From IMG/VR virus record IMGVR_UViG_3300036766_000185, positions 1 to 64,000 of that record: a stretch of DNA of 64,000 nt; one strand, 5' to 3'. A program made the translations under genes and the position numbers. This stretch comes from a virus. Below the pieces are notes generated by a model. It was not told where the DNA came from. It saw only the letters and a list, made by a program, of their open reading frames with translations, and did no database searches. Shown here one piece after another: positions 19,876 through 28,639 of this stretch; position 1 is the first letter of the stretch; each line of letters starts with the position of its first letter.

Positions 19876-20161
19876 CAGGGAGCAATTTCTTCACTGCCCA
19901 GATAGCTGTAGCGATGGTAACAATTCCTTTTAAGCAGACTGAAACAAATCTAGAGATCGCATCCAAATCACCCATCTTTCGATGAATGGAGTCCAATACC
20001 ACATTTTGTTCTGCTAATATCGTGGGAATGTGATTGTCTACTTGATCGCTGATATGTCCAACTGTCAATTCTAGGGCCGTAAGGCGATGCTCGATTGAAC
20101 TATCAGACATTGCTCGTGATTTCTTTACTTTGTTAGTCATAGCCTTGTGTAAGCCTTTCAA
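19865..20161 (-). CDS. Coiled-coil protein with C-terminal hydrophobic helix (holin-like architecture)
   Basis: IEHRLTALE coiled coil plus hydrophobic C-terminus. Confidence 0.45.
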   Translation of the reverse strand: MKGLHKAMTNKVKKSRAMSDSSIEHRLTALELTVGHISDQVDNHIPTILAEQNVVLDSIHRKMGDLDAISRFVSVCLKGIVTIATAIWAVKKLLPGVH

Positions 20162-20163
20162 CG

Positions 20164-20451
20164 TTATCTTATAGTCTTAATCGATAGATGAACCAGTAGC
20201 AGTACCCAATTTAACAGCATTCCTGCTAGCAACAACCAACCTGTTCCTGGGTCTTTCTCAACAAGATGCTCGAAGATCTGCGTAACAGTGTATCCTGTGT
20301 ACATGAACGAGGTAGCTTCGACCAAACAAACCTGCAGAAAGATCGACAGCCACAGCAGCGACATTCCGTACATCTGTTTGTACCAGAATATGCCTGATAG
20401 TGCTAGCCAGTTAATTGCAAACGCCACTAGATATTTGTCAGCGAGATTCAT
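20164..20451 (-). CDS. Small multi-pass membrane protein
   Basis: About three hydrophobic segments. Confidence 0.55.
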   Translation of the reverse strand: MNLADKYLVAFAINWLALSGIFWYKQMYGMSLLWLSIFLQVCLVEATSFMYTGYTVTQIFEHLVEKDPGTGWLLLAGMLLNWVLLLVHLSIKTIR

Positions 20452-20452
20452 A

Positions 20453-21748
20453 TTATTGCTTGACGTAGCTTACTAGAAGCACGTCTCCTGTTAGTGGGGC
20501 TGTGTTGAAGGTGATTGTGTCTGCTACTATTGTGTAGTCGTTGGTCATCCCAGGAGCCTGTAGAAGCCCGTTAAGATAGACCGACACCGTTCCTGCTCCA
20601 GGAGTATTGGCTAGAACAAATGTATCGTTCACACCGTTGATATCCCCAGAGGGAATTTCATTAGCAACGTAGTCTGATGTGATAACAACTTCATCTAGAT
20701 AGGCCAGTCCATGATCCACGCTAGACCCATCTTTCCAATGGATACGCTCATCATCAGCCGACGACACAAAAAGAGAATCATCTGCAATATCCACCGCGGC
20801 TTCAAATGCTATGAAGTTAATCATCGTCGGTCCGGTGCCATTAGTCAAACGAACGGCTCCTGGAACAACGATACCGAGACTATCAATAGCAAGTCTAGCT
20901 TCTGCCATACTGAAGTTCCCTTCAGCGGCTAGGTTCTGAATGATACTAACGGTCTCTGGACCAGAAACGGAGACCTTCCACAGTCCTGATGTTACTGGTT
21001 CTCCGTCTTTGTAGAGTATTACACTTGGATCTGTAGCGTGTTGAATCTGCACCGGATGAAATATCTGCACCTGATCAGTCACCGCATCTATAATCAGATG
21101 ATTTATTGTACCAGTGAATAGTCCATCATCGTTGTTGTCAGAATCGATCTTCAGAACTTCTTCACTGAACTCATCAGCACGAGTCAAGAAAATGCGCCAA
21201 TACTTGTTCCCTCCTTGACCCAGATGATAGACCAATCCTGCACCGTCGAATGAAGAATCATTAAGAAGAGTAGCCAATCTCCATCTTAGCTCTGTAGTGT
21301 TAGGCTGCTGTCCATCGCTCACTATCCCTATGTCGTCAAAAGTATGTATATCACCCGTCACGGTTCCAATCAGACCATGTACGGTTGGGCTGCTTCCTGT
21401 CCCGCTTACACGATAGATCTTGTGTTGCTTCATTCCTATCGCATTAGACCAATTGATACGGTTGAAGTTAGTATCGTCTAGAACGTCGTTGCCCTCGGTA
21501 GTTGATGCTGAACCAGAAGCAACAGTCTCTCCAGATATCGCAACTCCGACTATTTCATATGTCCAAGTTGCAACTCCAGTTGTTCCCTGAGCGAGCACAC
21601 CTAGAATGCTTGGAACCTCAGCACTTCGTAGCAACGCACCACCAGTCTGCTCTAATTTGAATCCTTGAATATCAGCAGTAGACGATACATCGGCATCTTC
21701 TAGCGTGTGATCTAATACTTGTCTTCCAGAAACTTGTGTCCTAGGCAT
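20453..21748 (-). CDS. Fibre-like virion protein
   Basis: N-terminus MPRTQVSGRQVLD and C-terminal NEIPSGDING...DYT domain shared with other fibre genes. Confidence 0.7.
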   Translation of the reverse strand: MPRTQVSGRQVLDHTLEDADVSSTADIQGFKLEQTGGALLRSAEVPSILGVLAQGTTGVATWTYEIVGVAISGETVASGSASTTEGNDVLDDTNFNRINWSNAIGMKQHKIYRVSGTGSSPTVHGLIGTVTGDIHTFDDIGIVSDGQQPNTTELRWRLATLLNDSSFDGAGLVYHLGQGGNKYWRIFLTRADEFSEEVLKIDSDNNDDGLFTGTINHLIIDAVTDQVQIFHPVQIQHATDPSVILYKDGEPVTSGLWKVSVSGPETVSIIQNLAAEGNFSMAEARLAIDSLGIVVPGAVRLTNGTGPTMINFIAFEAAVDIADDSLFVSSADDERIHWKDGSSVDHGLAYLDEVVITSDYVANEIPSGDINGVNDTFVLANTPGAGTVSVYLNGLLQAPGMTNDYTIVADTITFNTAPLTGDVLLVSYVKQ

Positions 21749-21777
21749 TGATTATGTCCGTCCTCTCATGAAATCTT

Positions 21778-22059
21778 TTACTTTTCTTGATTTACAATCT
21801 GGTCAGCCGTCTCAGGAGTCTTGACTGCCTTCTCAGCGATCGCGAGTCTTGCTTCGTGCTCTTTTTCAGCCTTAACCACATCTGCAAGCATTTCTTCCGT
21901 CAGAATCTTTGCCCCTTCGATCCTCAGGACTTGCTCTCTGGTAACGCTAAGCTGATTAGTCAAACGCGTAACTATCAACTGTCCCTCGGCTAGTTCTCTT
22001 CGCAGCATTTGAAGGCGTGCGTCATACACTCTTTTTACGGCCTCTGATTCGATTTTCAT
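21778..22059 (-). CDS. Hypothetical coiled-coil protein
   Basis: GGAG RBS; heptad pattern. Confidence 0.5.
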   Translation of the reverse strand: MKIESEAVKRVYDARLQMLRRELAEGQLIVTRLTNQLSVTREQVLRIEGAKILTEEMLADVVKAEKEHEARLAIAEKAVKTPETADQIVNQEK

Positions 22060-22074
22060 TTTAATCTCCTAGGG

Positions 22075-22296
22075 TTAAACTATCTCATCTTGAACAACTC
22101 TATCCAGACACGTCCCGCATAGGGCGCAAAAGGTCTCAAGGTATTTTCTTACTTTGTTTTCTTCACTTTGCGGGAGAGTTGATGTTAGTTGACGAAAGAC
22201 TATGACCTTCTTCGCACATGAGGGGCATAGGTATAGCTCTTCTTTGCTTATACTATCTGGGGTTTGAGTAGATGGAAGTTGCGGAAGCTGTTCCAT
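22075..22296 (-). CDS. Small Zn-ribbon protein
   Basis: CPSC...CALC. Confidence 0.5.
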   Translation of the reverse strand: MEQLPQLPSTQTPDSISKEELYLCPSCAKKVIVFRQLTSTLPQSEENKVRKYLETFCALCGTCLDRVVQDEIV

Positions 22297-22709
22297 TACT
22301 TAGCCTCAGGAAGCTTTATGTACGGCTTCGGGCCATGTCGAACACCTAGATCTTCTCTAGTCAAATTGAGACCGTCTACTGACCCCTCAGAAATCTGCTT
22401 CATGAGAGTGTCAGTGCAGTCAATCAGTTTGCTCAGTGATTGTAGTAACAAATCTGTGTTAGTCATTGCCTTTAGCAATTTCTCTGTTTTCCCATCATCC
22501 CAAACAATATCTGTCGCATCGCCATGTCCATGAATTTCTTTCACATCGGCTATACTGTCAAACACTGTCGTGGTAGCTGTCGTGGTAGCTGTCTCAGTCA
22601 GCCAACGCATAGCAACTTTCCCATCGCCGAAGACCACACCCTCAGCAACTTTGCCAGTCCCGCTATGCCCGGAAACGTCTACATGACGATCAAGATGAAA
22701 TTGTTTCAT
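22296..22709 (-). CDS. Conserved phage protein
   Basis: DVSGHSGTGKVAEGVVF.DG...HGHG motif recalled from phage hypothetical proteins; contains a 12-bp tandem duplication at 22565-22593. Confidence 0.65.
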   Translation of the reverse strand: MKQFHLDRHVDVSGHSGTGKVAEGVVFGDGKVAMRWLTETATTTATTTVFDSIADVKEIHGHGDATDIVWDDGKTEKLLKAMTNTDLLLQSLSKLIDCTDTLMKQISEGSVDGLNLTREDLGVRHGPKPYIKLPEAK

Positions 22710-22752
22710 TATTTTCTCGGATAATCTTCTTAACCTTCCTCTTAACCAACGC

Positions 22753-23211
22753 TTATCGGCTAAGAAGTGCTGCTAAGATACTTGCAGCCTGAATCGCTCC
22801 CATAGCCGCTTCAACAACTGACCAATTCATCCAGTTGTATCTCAGCGATAATCGATAGAGCGGGATGAACGTCAAAGCCGCGACTATCGGCCATGCAAGA
22901 CGTGCACTGAGGAGACACGCCGGTACACCCAATGATAATCCAACGACTACTCTCTGCCACCAACGCGTTGACTCTCCGTAGCCCAAGGAATTAACTATAC
23001 CTAATCCTATAGCTACTCCTATGCTCTGAACCCAGGGGACATTATTAAGGACGCAGACGGCACCCGCTACGATAGGCCATACTATTCTTCGGAATGCTTT
23101 CCCGATAGCTGGAAGTCCTTCGTCTGGAATTCCGTCGTCTCCGTACCCATATCCTCCTAAGTACCAGAGGACTGCTCCGATCGGAACGAGCAGCAAATTT
23201 AACAGCATCAT
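22753..23211 (-). CDS. Integral membrane protein
   Basis: Several TM segments; LGG...RR...SLGYG pattern. Confidence 0.6.
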   Translation of the reverse strand: MMLLNLLLVPIGAVLWYLGGYGYGDDGIPDEGLPAIGKAFRRIVWPIVAGAVCVLNNVPWVQSIGVAIGLGIVNSLGYGESTRWWQRVVVGLSLGVPACLLSARLAWPIVAALTFIPLYRLSLRYNWMNWSVVEAAMGAIQAASILAALLSR

Positions 23212-23368
23212 CCTATCTTCTCCACAACGTAGAGATCCTTGCCGTCTTTGTTAGTATCAAGAACTCTCCAATAACCGACGATAGTAGTGAACTCATCACC
23301 TACTTTGAGCTTACGTCCTAGTTTTGCTTCAAGTGCTTTCCACGAAACGGTCTGCACCTCGCTTGTCA

Positions 23369-24421
23369 TTACTCTTGCTCGTTAGCTTCCGAAAGTTCTA
23401 ACGACAGAGCGGACAAGATCGTTTCTGCGATCTGACGCATACTATCAACGATCTGACCATAGGAATCTGCAATTTCAGGGTCAACTGAATGACGTGCTTG
23501 CATAGCCTTCATATCGCCTGCAAGTCCGACGACTCGCTCTAGTGAGGAGAGCAAATCCTGAAACGGGGTGGGCATCATCGGCATAGATTGTGCTGGAGTC
23601 GGAAGAATGTCTCCGTCTTTCTTGACTTTCTCATCTCCACCCTGCTCATGAACGATGTAGTTGGCCAGAGCGTGTGGATCCTCTACTCCTGGCTTGTCTT
23701 TGACCGCTTCATAGACCTCTGTATGAGAGGGACTACCCTTCTTTACGGGAATATCTGTCGTCTGATTAACTGCCAGTGGTCGAGCTTCTTCTATATGACA
23801 CTTGACTAGCAAATACGCAATCTCATGCGTCTGAAGACCATTAGCCCACTTGACTACTGCACGATCGTTAACTACGTTCAGAACGACACCCTTAACGATT
23901 TGCTGTCCAGTACGAGCGAAATTCTTAACAACTTGATCACCAATCTTGACTGGATCAACAGCGACAAATTTAGCTGCTGGCTCAGTCGTTACTGGTAGCG
24001 CTTGAGGAGCGTTAGTCGGATTGCTTACGTCGATCTGTATCTTGTCTGACAAAGCTTGCTCTTCCGTAGTAACTGTTTTACCCTTCTCATCTACGTCTGG
24101 GAGCTTCTCTCCACCTCTCAATGATTCATCGGGTTGAGCATCATTGTCATGCGTCGGAGTCGCTTTGGTGTCTGATATGGGACGCACAGCCTCTACTCTA
24201 GTCGGAGTCTGCATCTGTTTCTTAAGATCAGACTCTTTTTCTTTTCGAAGCTCGGTCCCTGTAACGATACGAACTGTCTTCTGTACTGTCTTTTTGCTGT
24301 CCATCATCGCGTCAAATAGCTTACGCGAATAATTTTCTTCTTCCGTAGACAACAAGATAGACTGCGCTCTCTTAGAGAGAATCGTCTTGATCTTGTCATT
24401 GTCGAATTTAAACTCTGCCAT
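23369..24421 (-). CDS. Hypothetical protein, probable head cargo
   Basis: Low-complexity linkers around small modules (VKDKPGVEDPHALA); GGAG RBS. Confidence 0.55.
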   Translation of the reverse strand: MAEFKFDNDKIKTILSKRAQSILLSTEEENYSRKLFDAMMDSKKTVQKTVRIVTGTELRKEKESDLKKQMQTPTRVEAVRPISDTKATPTHDNDAQPDESLRGGEKLPDVDEKGKTVTTEEQALSDKIQIDVSNPTNAPQALPVTTEPAAKFVAVDPVKIGDQVVKNFARTGQQIVKGVVLNVVNDRAVVKWANGLQTHEIAYLLVKCHIEEARPLAVNQTTDIPVKKGSPSHTEVYEAVKDKPGVEDPHALANYIVHEQGGDEKVKKDGDILPTPAQSMPMMPTPFQDLLSSLERVVGLAGDMKAMQARHSVDPEIADSYGQIVDSMRQIAETILSALSLELSEANEQE

Positions 24422-24426
24422 TTTAA

Positions 24427-25986
24427 TTACTTCCCTCCTTCGGGGCCACGATTAAGTGCACTTAGTAAGTCTCTTAGTTTTTCGAGCAAATCCGCTTTTG
24501 TTAGCTTCTTATGTTCATCGTTAGAGCGCAGTTCTTCGGCTAATCGTGAAGCTTCACCCATGCGCTCATCTTGATCATCATATTGATGTTTAGGATCATT
24601 CTCTTTATACTGATTGGGAGCGTCTTTTGAGCGCTCTGCTTCTACTCGTTCTCTAGCCGCGCCACTAGCACGACCAACTACTCTGGAGTAGCTCTCACGG
24701 GCATCCTGTTTGTCTTTCGTAGACATTCCATCCCACTTCTCTTTATCAACAGTAGGAGGACGATGGAGGCTTTCTGCTCCGCCGCCCGCAGAAAACTTTC
24801 CGTCTTCCCCACGTGGGTGTTGAGACTCGTCGTATTCCTTAGAAAGATCACCAGTCTCACTAGCTTTCTTCTTATGTTCTGCTAACCAATCCTCTGCATC
24901 CTGACCCAGATGAGAAGCCATTTCCTCTCGAAGAGTGGGATCCGTTGAAGACATAGAATCAATACGCGCCTGTACTTTATCTGAAAATTCGCTCAAGTCT
25001 GCATCTCCATTGTCAACAGCCCGCGCCTCACTAGCCGTTAACTGCCCGCGCACGTAATCCGCGTCGTCCATAGCCAGACCAGTCATAGTCTCTTTTGCTG
25101 CTACTATGAGTGTCCTATCATTAAGAACTTGATACCCTCTATCAACAGCGGCTTGTAGAATTTGAGCAGGTTCTTTGTTGCCTTTAAAATAGGGATGAGA
25201 GAGCCACTTATCAGCAGCGGCCTTTGATTCTCTCGTCTTCACATTTGCTAAATATTCTTTACCCGACATATGCTCGCTTCTAGCTCTTCGCGCTTCAACA
25301 GCCGCTCTGGCCCCTACTGCTGCACGTTCTTGACTGGGACGCTCTTCGCCTCCACCTGCACCGAATTTACCATCAGAGGATCTAGGATGTTTGGCTTCAT
25401 CAAAATCTTTTTGAGTGTCGCCCGAATCGATCGCTTTTTCACCCTTGGGGCGATCTTCTAGATCACGCTCTCTAGCGGCATCGTGCTCGGTATCTATACG
25501 AGTTTGCTCCTTAGCACCACCCTCAACCTTCGGCTCTCTTAGACTTGCGGTTTCCATATACTCTAATTGCTCACCAATTTGTTGAATAGCATATTTGGCT
25601 GCTGCCACTTTATCACGGCTGACTGCTGTAGGATTTTTCTCTGCTCGTCTTAGATCTCTGTGCGCTTGCACTAGAGCTACTCTAAGCCTCTCATAGCGCT
25701 TAGCAGCTTCTCCCATTGGAGCACCGCCACCTTCTCCAAATTTACCATCGCTGGCTCGTGGGTGTTTTCCCTCTTCCCAATCACCTTTAGCAAATTTCTC
25801 AGCGTCGTACTCGTCTAGGAATTGCTTGGCTCCTGCTACATCGTCGTCTGCACCATCCCAGCCAAGTTCTTGCGCTCCATCAATGTAGTCCTGATCAGTT
25901 TGCTTATTAATCAGCGTAAGATCTCGCTTAGCTAGATCATTTCGCTGGAGAAACCCCAGAGCGTCTATGAGCTTGTGTATGTTCAT
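24427..25986 (-). CDS. Probable internal head polyprotein with three HPR-tag repeats
   Basis: KGDWEEGKHPRASDGKFG, KDFDEAKHPRSSDGKFG, KEYDESQHPRGEDGKFS. Confidence 0.7.
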   Translation of the reverse strand: MNIHKLIDALGFLQRNDLAKRDLTLINKQTDQDYIDGAQELGWDGADDDVAGAKQFLDEYDAEKFAKGDWEEGKHPRASDGKFGEGGGAPMGEAAKRYERLRVALVQAHRDLRRAEKNPTAVSRDKVAAAKYAIQQIGEQLEYMETASLREPKVEGGAKEQTRIDTEHDAARERDLEDRPKGEKAIDSGDTQKDFDEAKHPRSSDGKFGAGGGEERPSQERAAVGARAAVEARRARSEHMSGKEYLANVKTRESKAAADKWLSHPYFKGNKEPAQILQAAVDRGYQVLNDRTLIVAAKETMTGLAMDDADYVRGQLTASEARAVDNGDADLSEFSDKVQARIDSMSSTDPTLREEMASHLGQDAEDWLAEHKKKASETGDLSKEYDESQHPRGEDGKFSAGGGAESLHRPPTVDKEKWDGMSTKDKQDARESYSRVVGRASGAARERVEAERSKDAPNQYKENDPKHQYDDQDERMGEASRLAEELRSNDEHKKLTKADLLEKLRDLLSALNRGPEGGK

Positions 25987-25987
25987 T

Positions 25988-26239
25988 TTATTCCTTTAGA
26001 CGAATCCCACCTGTCTTAGTCATTGAATCTCTGACGGCATCAAGTCCTTGAAAGGCCTTCTGAATGTCCTCTTTCGTCAAAGCTTTGTTACCTTCTGCAG
26101 CTTTTTCCAGAGTCATTGTTAGGCGTGCTTTAATTACGTCAGCAGTTTCCTTATTAACAAGAACTTTAGATCCGAACTTTTTCATGAGCAGCGCATCGAT
26201 CTGTTTATTCTGCTCAGGGGTTAAACGAATCATATTCAT
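25988..26239 (-). CDS. Hypothetical protein
   Basis: GGAG RBS; operon packing. Confidence 0.5.
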   Translation of the reverse strand: MNMIRLTPEQNKQIDALLMKKFGSKVLVNKETADVIKARLTMTLEKAAEGNKALTKEDIQKAFQGLDAVRDSMTKTGGIRLKE

Positions 26240-26250
26240 GAATGTCTCCT

Positions 26251-26520
26251 TTAAACTATTCCGTATCTATTGAGAAGATCTCTACAAGCAGCAAAATCCC
26301 AGAAAATCACTTCACCAAAAGGATTTATCGTCCAATGCATGAGAACGTTTTTCTTAGCTTTCTGTCCACAAGCCCAACATCTCCACCCATTTCGTCTGAA
26401 TCTTAAGCTATAAACTAAGTCAACGATCTCTAGTTCGTCGGGATAGAGTACGACTTTCACTAGAGACTTTTTTGCTCTAGCTCTCATCAAATTAATTAAC
26501 GCCAGTGCCGCTCGGCCCAT
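26251..26520 (-). CDS. Hypothetical basic protein
   Basis: CWACG; overlaps upstream gene. Confidence 0.45.
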   Translation of the reverse strand: MGRAALALINLMRARAKKSLVKVVLYPDELEIVDLVYSLRFRRNGWRCWACGQKAKKNVLMHWTINPFGEVIFWDFAACRDLLNRYGIV

Positions 26521-26938
26521 TGTTCCCAGTTCCAGAAGAATCTCCAGAAATTCGTTGTCGTTGAATTGCTCTACCCGTTATGATAGGAAGCTGGTTCTCT
26601 GGCATATTGTTATGAGAATTGATCGTATTGCCTTGTTCTGGTTTCTGCTTTAGTCTGCTGGGATCTATTACTGGAGGACTACTAATAGCCTCTCCGTAAG
26701 CGCGGTCTGCTTCTGTTTTAGTGAGGGATGCAGCTTGATCTCTCAAGGAGTCAACAAATTTTCTATGCTTGAAGTATTCGATCTGTCCTAAGCGCTTTTT
26801 AGCTCCTGCTTCAGAGTCATAAGTTCCCATAGGCTTGCCTGCTTCTGAATGGACTGTCCACTTACTACCTAAATGGGTGATGTACTTCTGAAGATTAAAC
26901 ACAAGCGCCTGCAGTTTATTCAGTGTAGATTCAGCCAT
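26492..26938 (-). CDS. Conserved phage head-associated protein
   Basis: Likely start MAESTLNK at 26938; KWTVHSEAGKPMGTYDSEAGAKKRLGQIEYFKH small domain recalled from phage head regions. Confidence 0.6.
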   Translation of the reverse strand: MAESTLNKLQALVFNLQKYITHLGSKWTVHSEAGKPMGTYDSEAGAKKRLGQIEYFKHRKFVDSLRDQAASLTKTEADRAYGEAISSPPVIDPSRLKQKPEQGNTINSHNNMPENQLPIITGRAIQRQRISGDSSGTGNNGPSGTGVN

Positions 26939-26939
26939 C

Positions 26940-27281
26940 TTATTCTGTGTCCTTATTCTTCGTCGCTTTGGCGCGTCTCGCTTTTGGGCTATCAGTTGTT
27001 TCTGTCTTTTTCGATTTAACTGCTCGCCACTCAGCAGAACTCTTAACATTCAATGATGTTGATTTATCAGACTTCCAGTTCCCATATTTCTTAACTAACT
27101 TCGTTTCAAACTCAACCATACACTTGCTAGAACAATAATGACTGGGACCGTCAATAGAGTCGGCGGAATGGCCGTAGGGATAGTAGACCATGATAGGTGC
27201 GCCAGGCATAACTTTCACACAGTTTTCACAAACATATTCTACCAGTTCTATCATGCCCGGCATTTGAGTTCGCTTAATCAT
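26940..27281 (-). CDS. Hypothetical Zn-binding protein
   Basis: Likely start MIKRTQ at 27281 (GGAG RBS, ATGA overlap); CENC...YCSSKC. Confidence 0.55.
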   Translation of the reverse strand: MIKRTQMPGMIELVEYVCENCVKVMPGAPIMVYYPYGHSADSIDGPSHYCSSKCMVEFETKLVKKYGNWKSDKSTSLNVKSSAEWRAVKSKKTETTDSPKARRAKATKNKDTE

Positions 27282-27652
27282 TTGATTGTCTCCTTCTGAT
27301 GAGGGCAGGTCCCGCCGTTCATACGTTTTCCCCAATTGCAGTTCATACAAAGGATTTGATATTTATCAGGACGATAGCCCTCTTTTATAATTGCTCTACG
27401 CAGTGTTGATCTATGACCTAGTGCTTTTCGTTGTAGATTCCCGTCGTTATTTACGTGATCAAGAGTTAGAAACATTACATTAGTCTCATCGCAGCAGTTG
27501 CACGATCTTCCATACATGACAAACAGTTGTTCTCGCCATTTCTGTTGAAGCAGACACTGACCGATATTATATTTATCTCGATTCTTATGTCTCCAACGCA
27601 TTGCAATCTCAGTTCGAGTCAAAGGACGATCGGGTAAGATGCGTTTTGCCAT
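27278..27652 (-). CDS. HNH-like homing endonuclease
   Basis: CNCCDET...FLTLDHVNNDG...YQILCMNCNWG...CPH. Confidence 0.85.
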   Translation of the reverse strand: MAKRILPDRPLTRTEIAMRWRHKNRDKYNIGQCLLQQKWREQLFVMYGRSCNCCDETNVMFLTLDHVNNDGNLQRKALGHRSTLRRAIIKEGYRPDKYQILCMNCNWGKRMNGGTCPHQKETIK

Positions 27653-28009
27653 TTAGGTTATGTCTCCTTGCTCGAATAAATTTCCTAAAGTATCCTCTCT
27701 TAAAACGTGTTTATCTTCCCCTGCTAGCAGTCGATAAGCGATTAACTCACTAATTCCCTCATGTATTTTTCTCAATGAAGCTTTGATAGCAGGATCGAAG
27801 ATCATTGTATCTCGAAATCTAATAACTTGCTCGTAGTCTTTCAATGTGTTTAAGTCTGCTGAGGCTAGATCGCTGCCCGATAGATCTGCGAAGAATTTCT
27901 CGTCTAGGTCTCTTAGCGTGTCGAGGTCTGAGAAGATGTAGCGGACGACGATTGGTTGGTTGTAACGATAATGAAACTCTCGTACTCCAAATAGGTTGCT
28001 TAGATTCAT
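27653..28009 (-). CDS. Hypothetical protein
   Basis: ORF in operon. Confidence 0.5.
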   Translation of the reverse strand: MNLSNLFGVREFHYRYNQPIVVRYIFSDLDTLRDLDEKFFADLSGSDLASADLNTLKDYEQVIRFRDTMIFDPAIKASLRKIHEGISELIAYRLLAGEDKHVLREDTLGNLFEQGDIT

Positions 28010-28018
28010 ATGAACCTC

Positions 28019-28435
28019 TTAGAGTGTCGTTGCTTTATAGTATGTAACTGCCTTTTCATTTGCACATTGATCACAAAGGGTTTTAATCCAACCTGTATTT
28101 CGTTGCTTAACATTCTGAACGGTTCCGCATTTTTCACACACTCGTTCAGACATGTATTCAACCATTTGAATCATCGCTTGCTGCTTCTCGGTGGAGGAAT
28201 GCGTGTAGAAGCAGAGGCCTCCCCACTTTTCCTTGACCTGCGAAGCCACGACTTGCGGCTGCCAGTTATGTTTGATATCCCACTGTAGAGCCGAGCACAA
28301 TTCGTCTATGAGCCAATACCAACCATCGTTGCAGTCGAACCCCCAACACATCGCTGTCTCACTTACGCTTCCAAATCTCTGAGCGAAGATCTCTGGGTAT
28401 TTCTTTACAAGCTTGGCATCTAGTTCAGGAGTCAT
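28019..28435 (-). CDS. Conserved phage protein
   Basis: GWYWLI...QVKEKWGGLCFY...CEKCG...TLC motif common in phages. Confidence 0.7.
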   Translation of the reverse strand: MTPELDAKLVKKYPEIFAQRFGSVSETAMCWGFDCNDGWYWLIDELCSALQWDIKHNWQPQVVASQVKEKWGGLCFYTHSSTEKQQAMIQMVEYMSERVCEKCGTVQNVKQRNTGWIKTLCDQCANEKAVTYYKATTL

Positions 28436-28639
28436 TTTGTTTTTACGTCAAAGAAGACGCTCATTGTTAACAGCACGACAGATACAAGCAGAAACCACAT
28501 CAAATCGATCATTACGGAGCGCCATACTTTTTGAAGTACCAATAAACCAGCGCTTTGATTCCTACTAGCACTAGAACGACTATGACTATTAATTTTGGAA
28601 TATGCAGTTGTATGTTCATTTTTAGCTCCCAAAATTATT

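Noticed and set aside
22565-22593. 12-bp tandem duplication as a phase-variation site
   Set aside because: It is in frame and only adds TATT; no switching effect is expected.
28432-28632. 66-aa ORF with TTG start
   Set aside because: Better explained by two shorter hydrophobic ORFs (MNIQLHIPK... and MIDLMWFLL...) coupled by a stop-start overlap.
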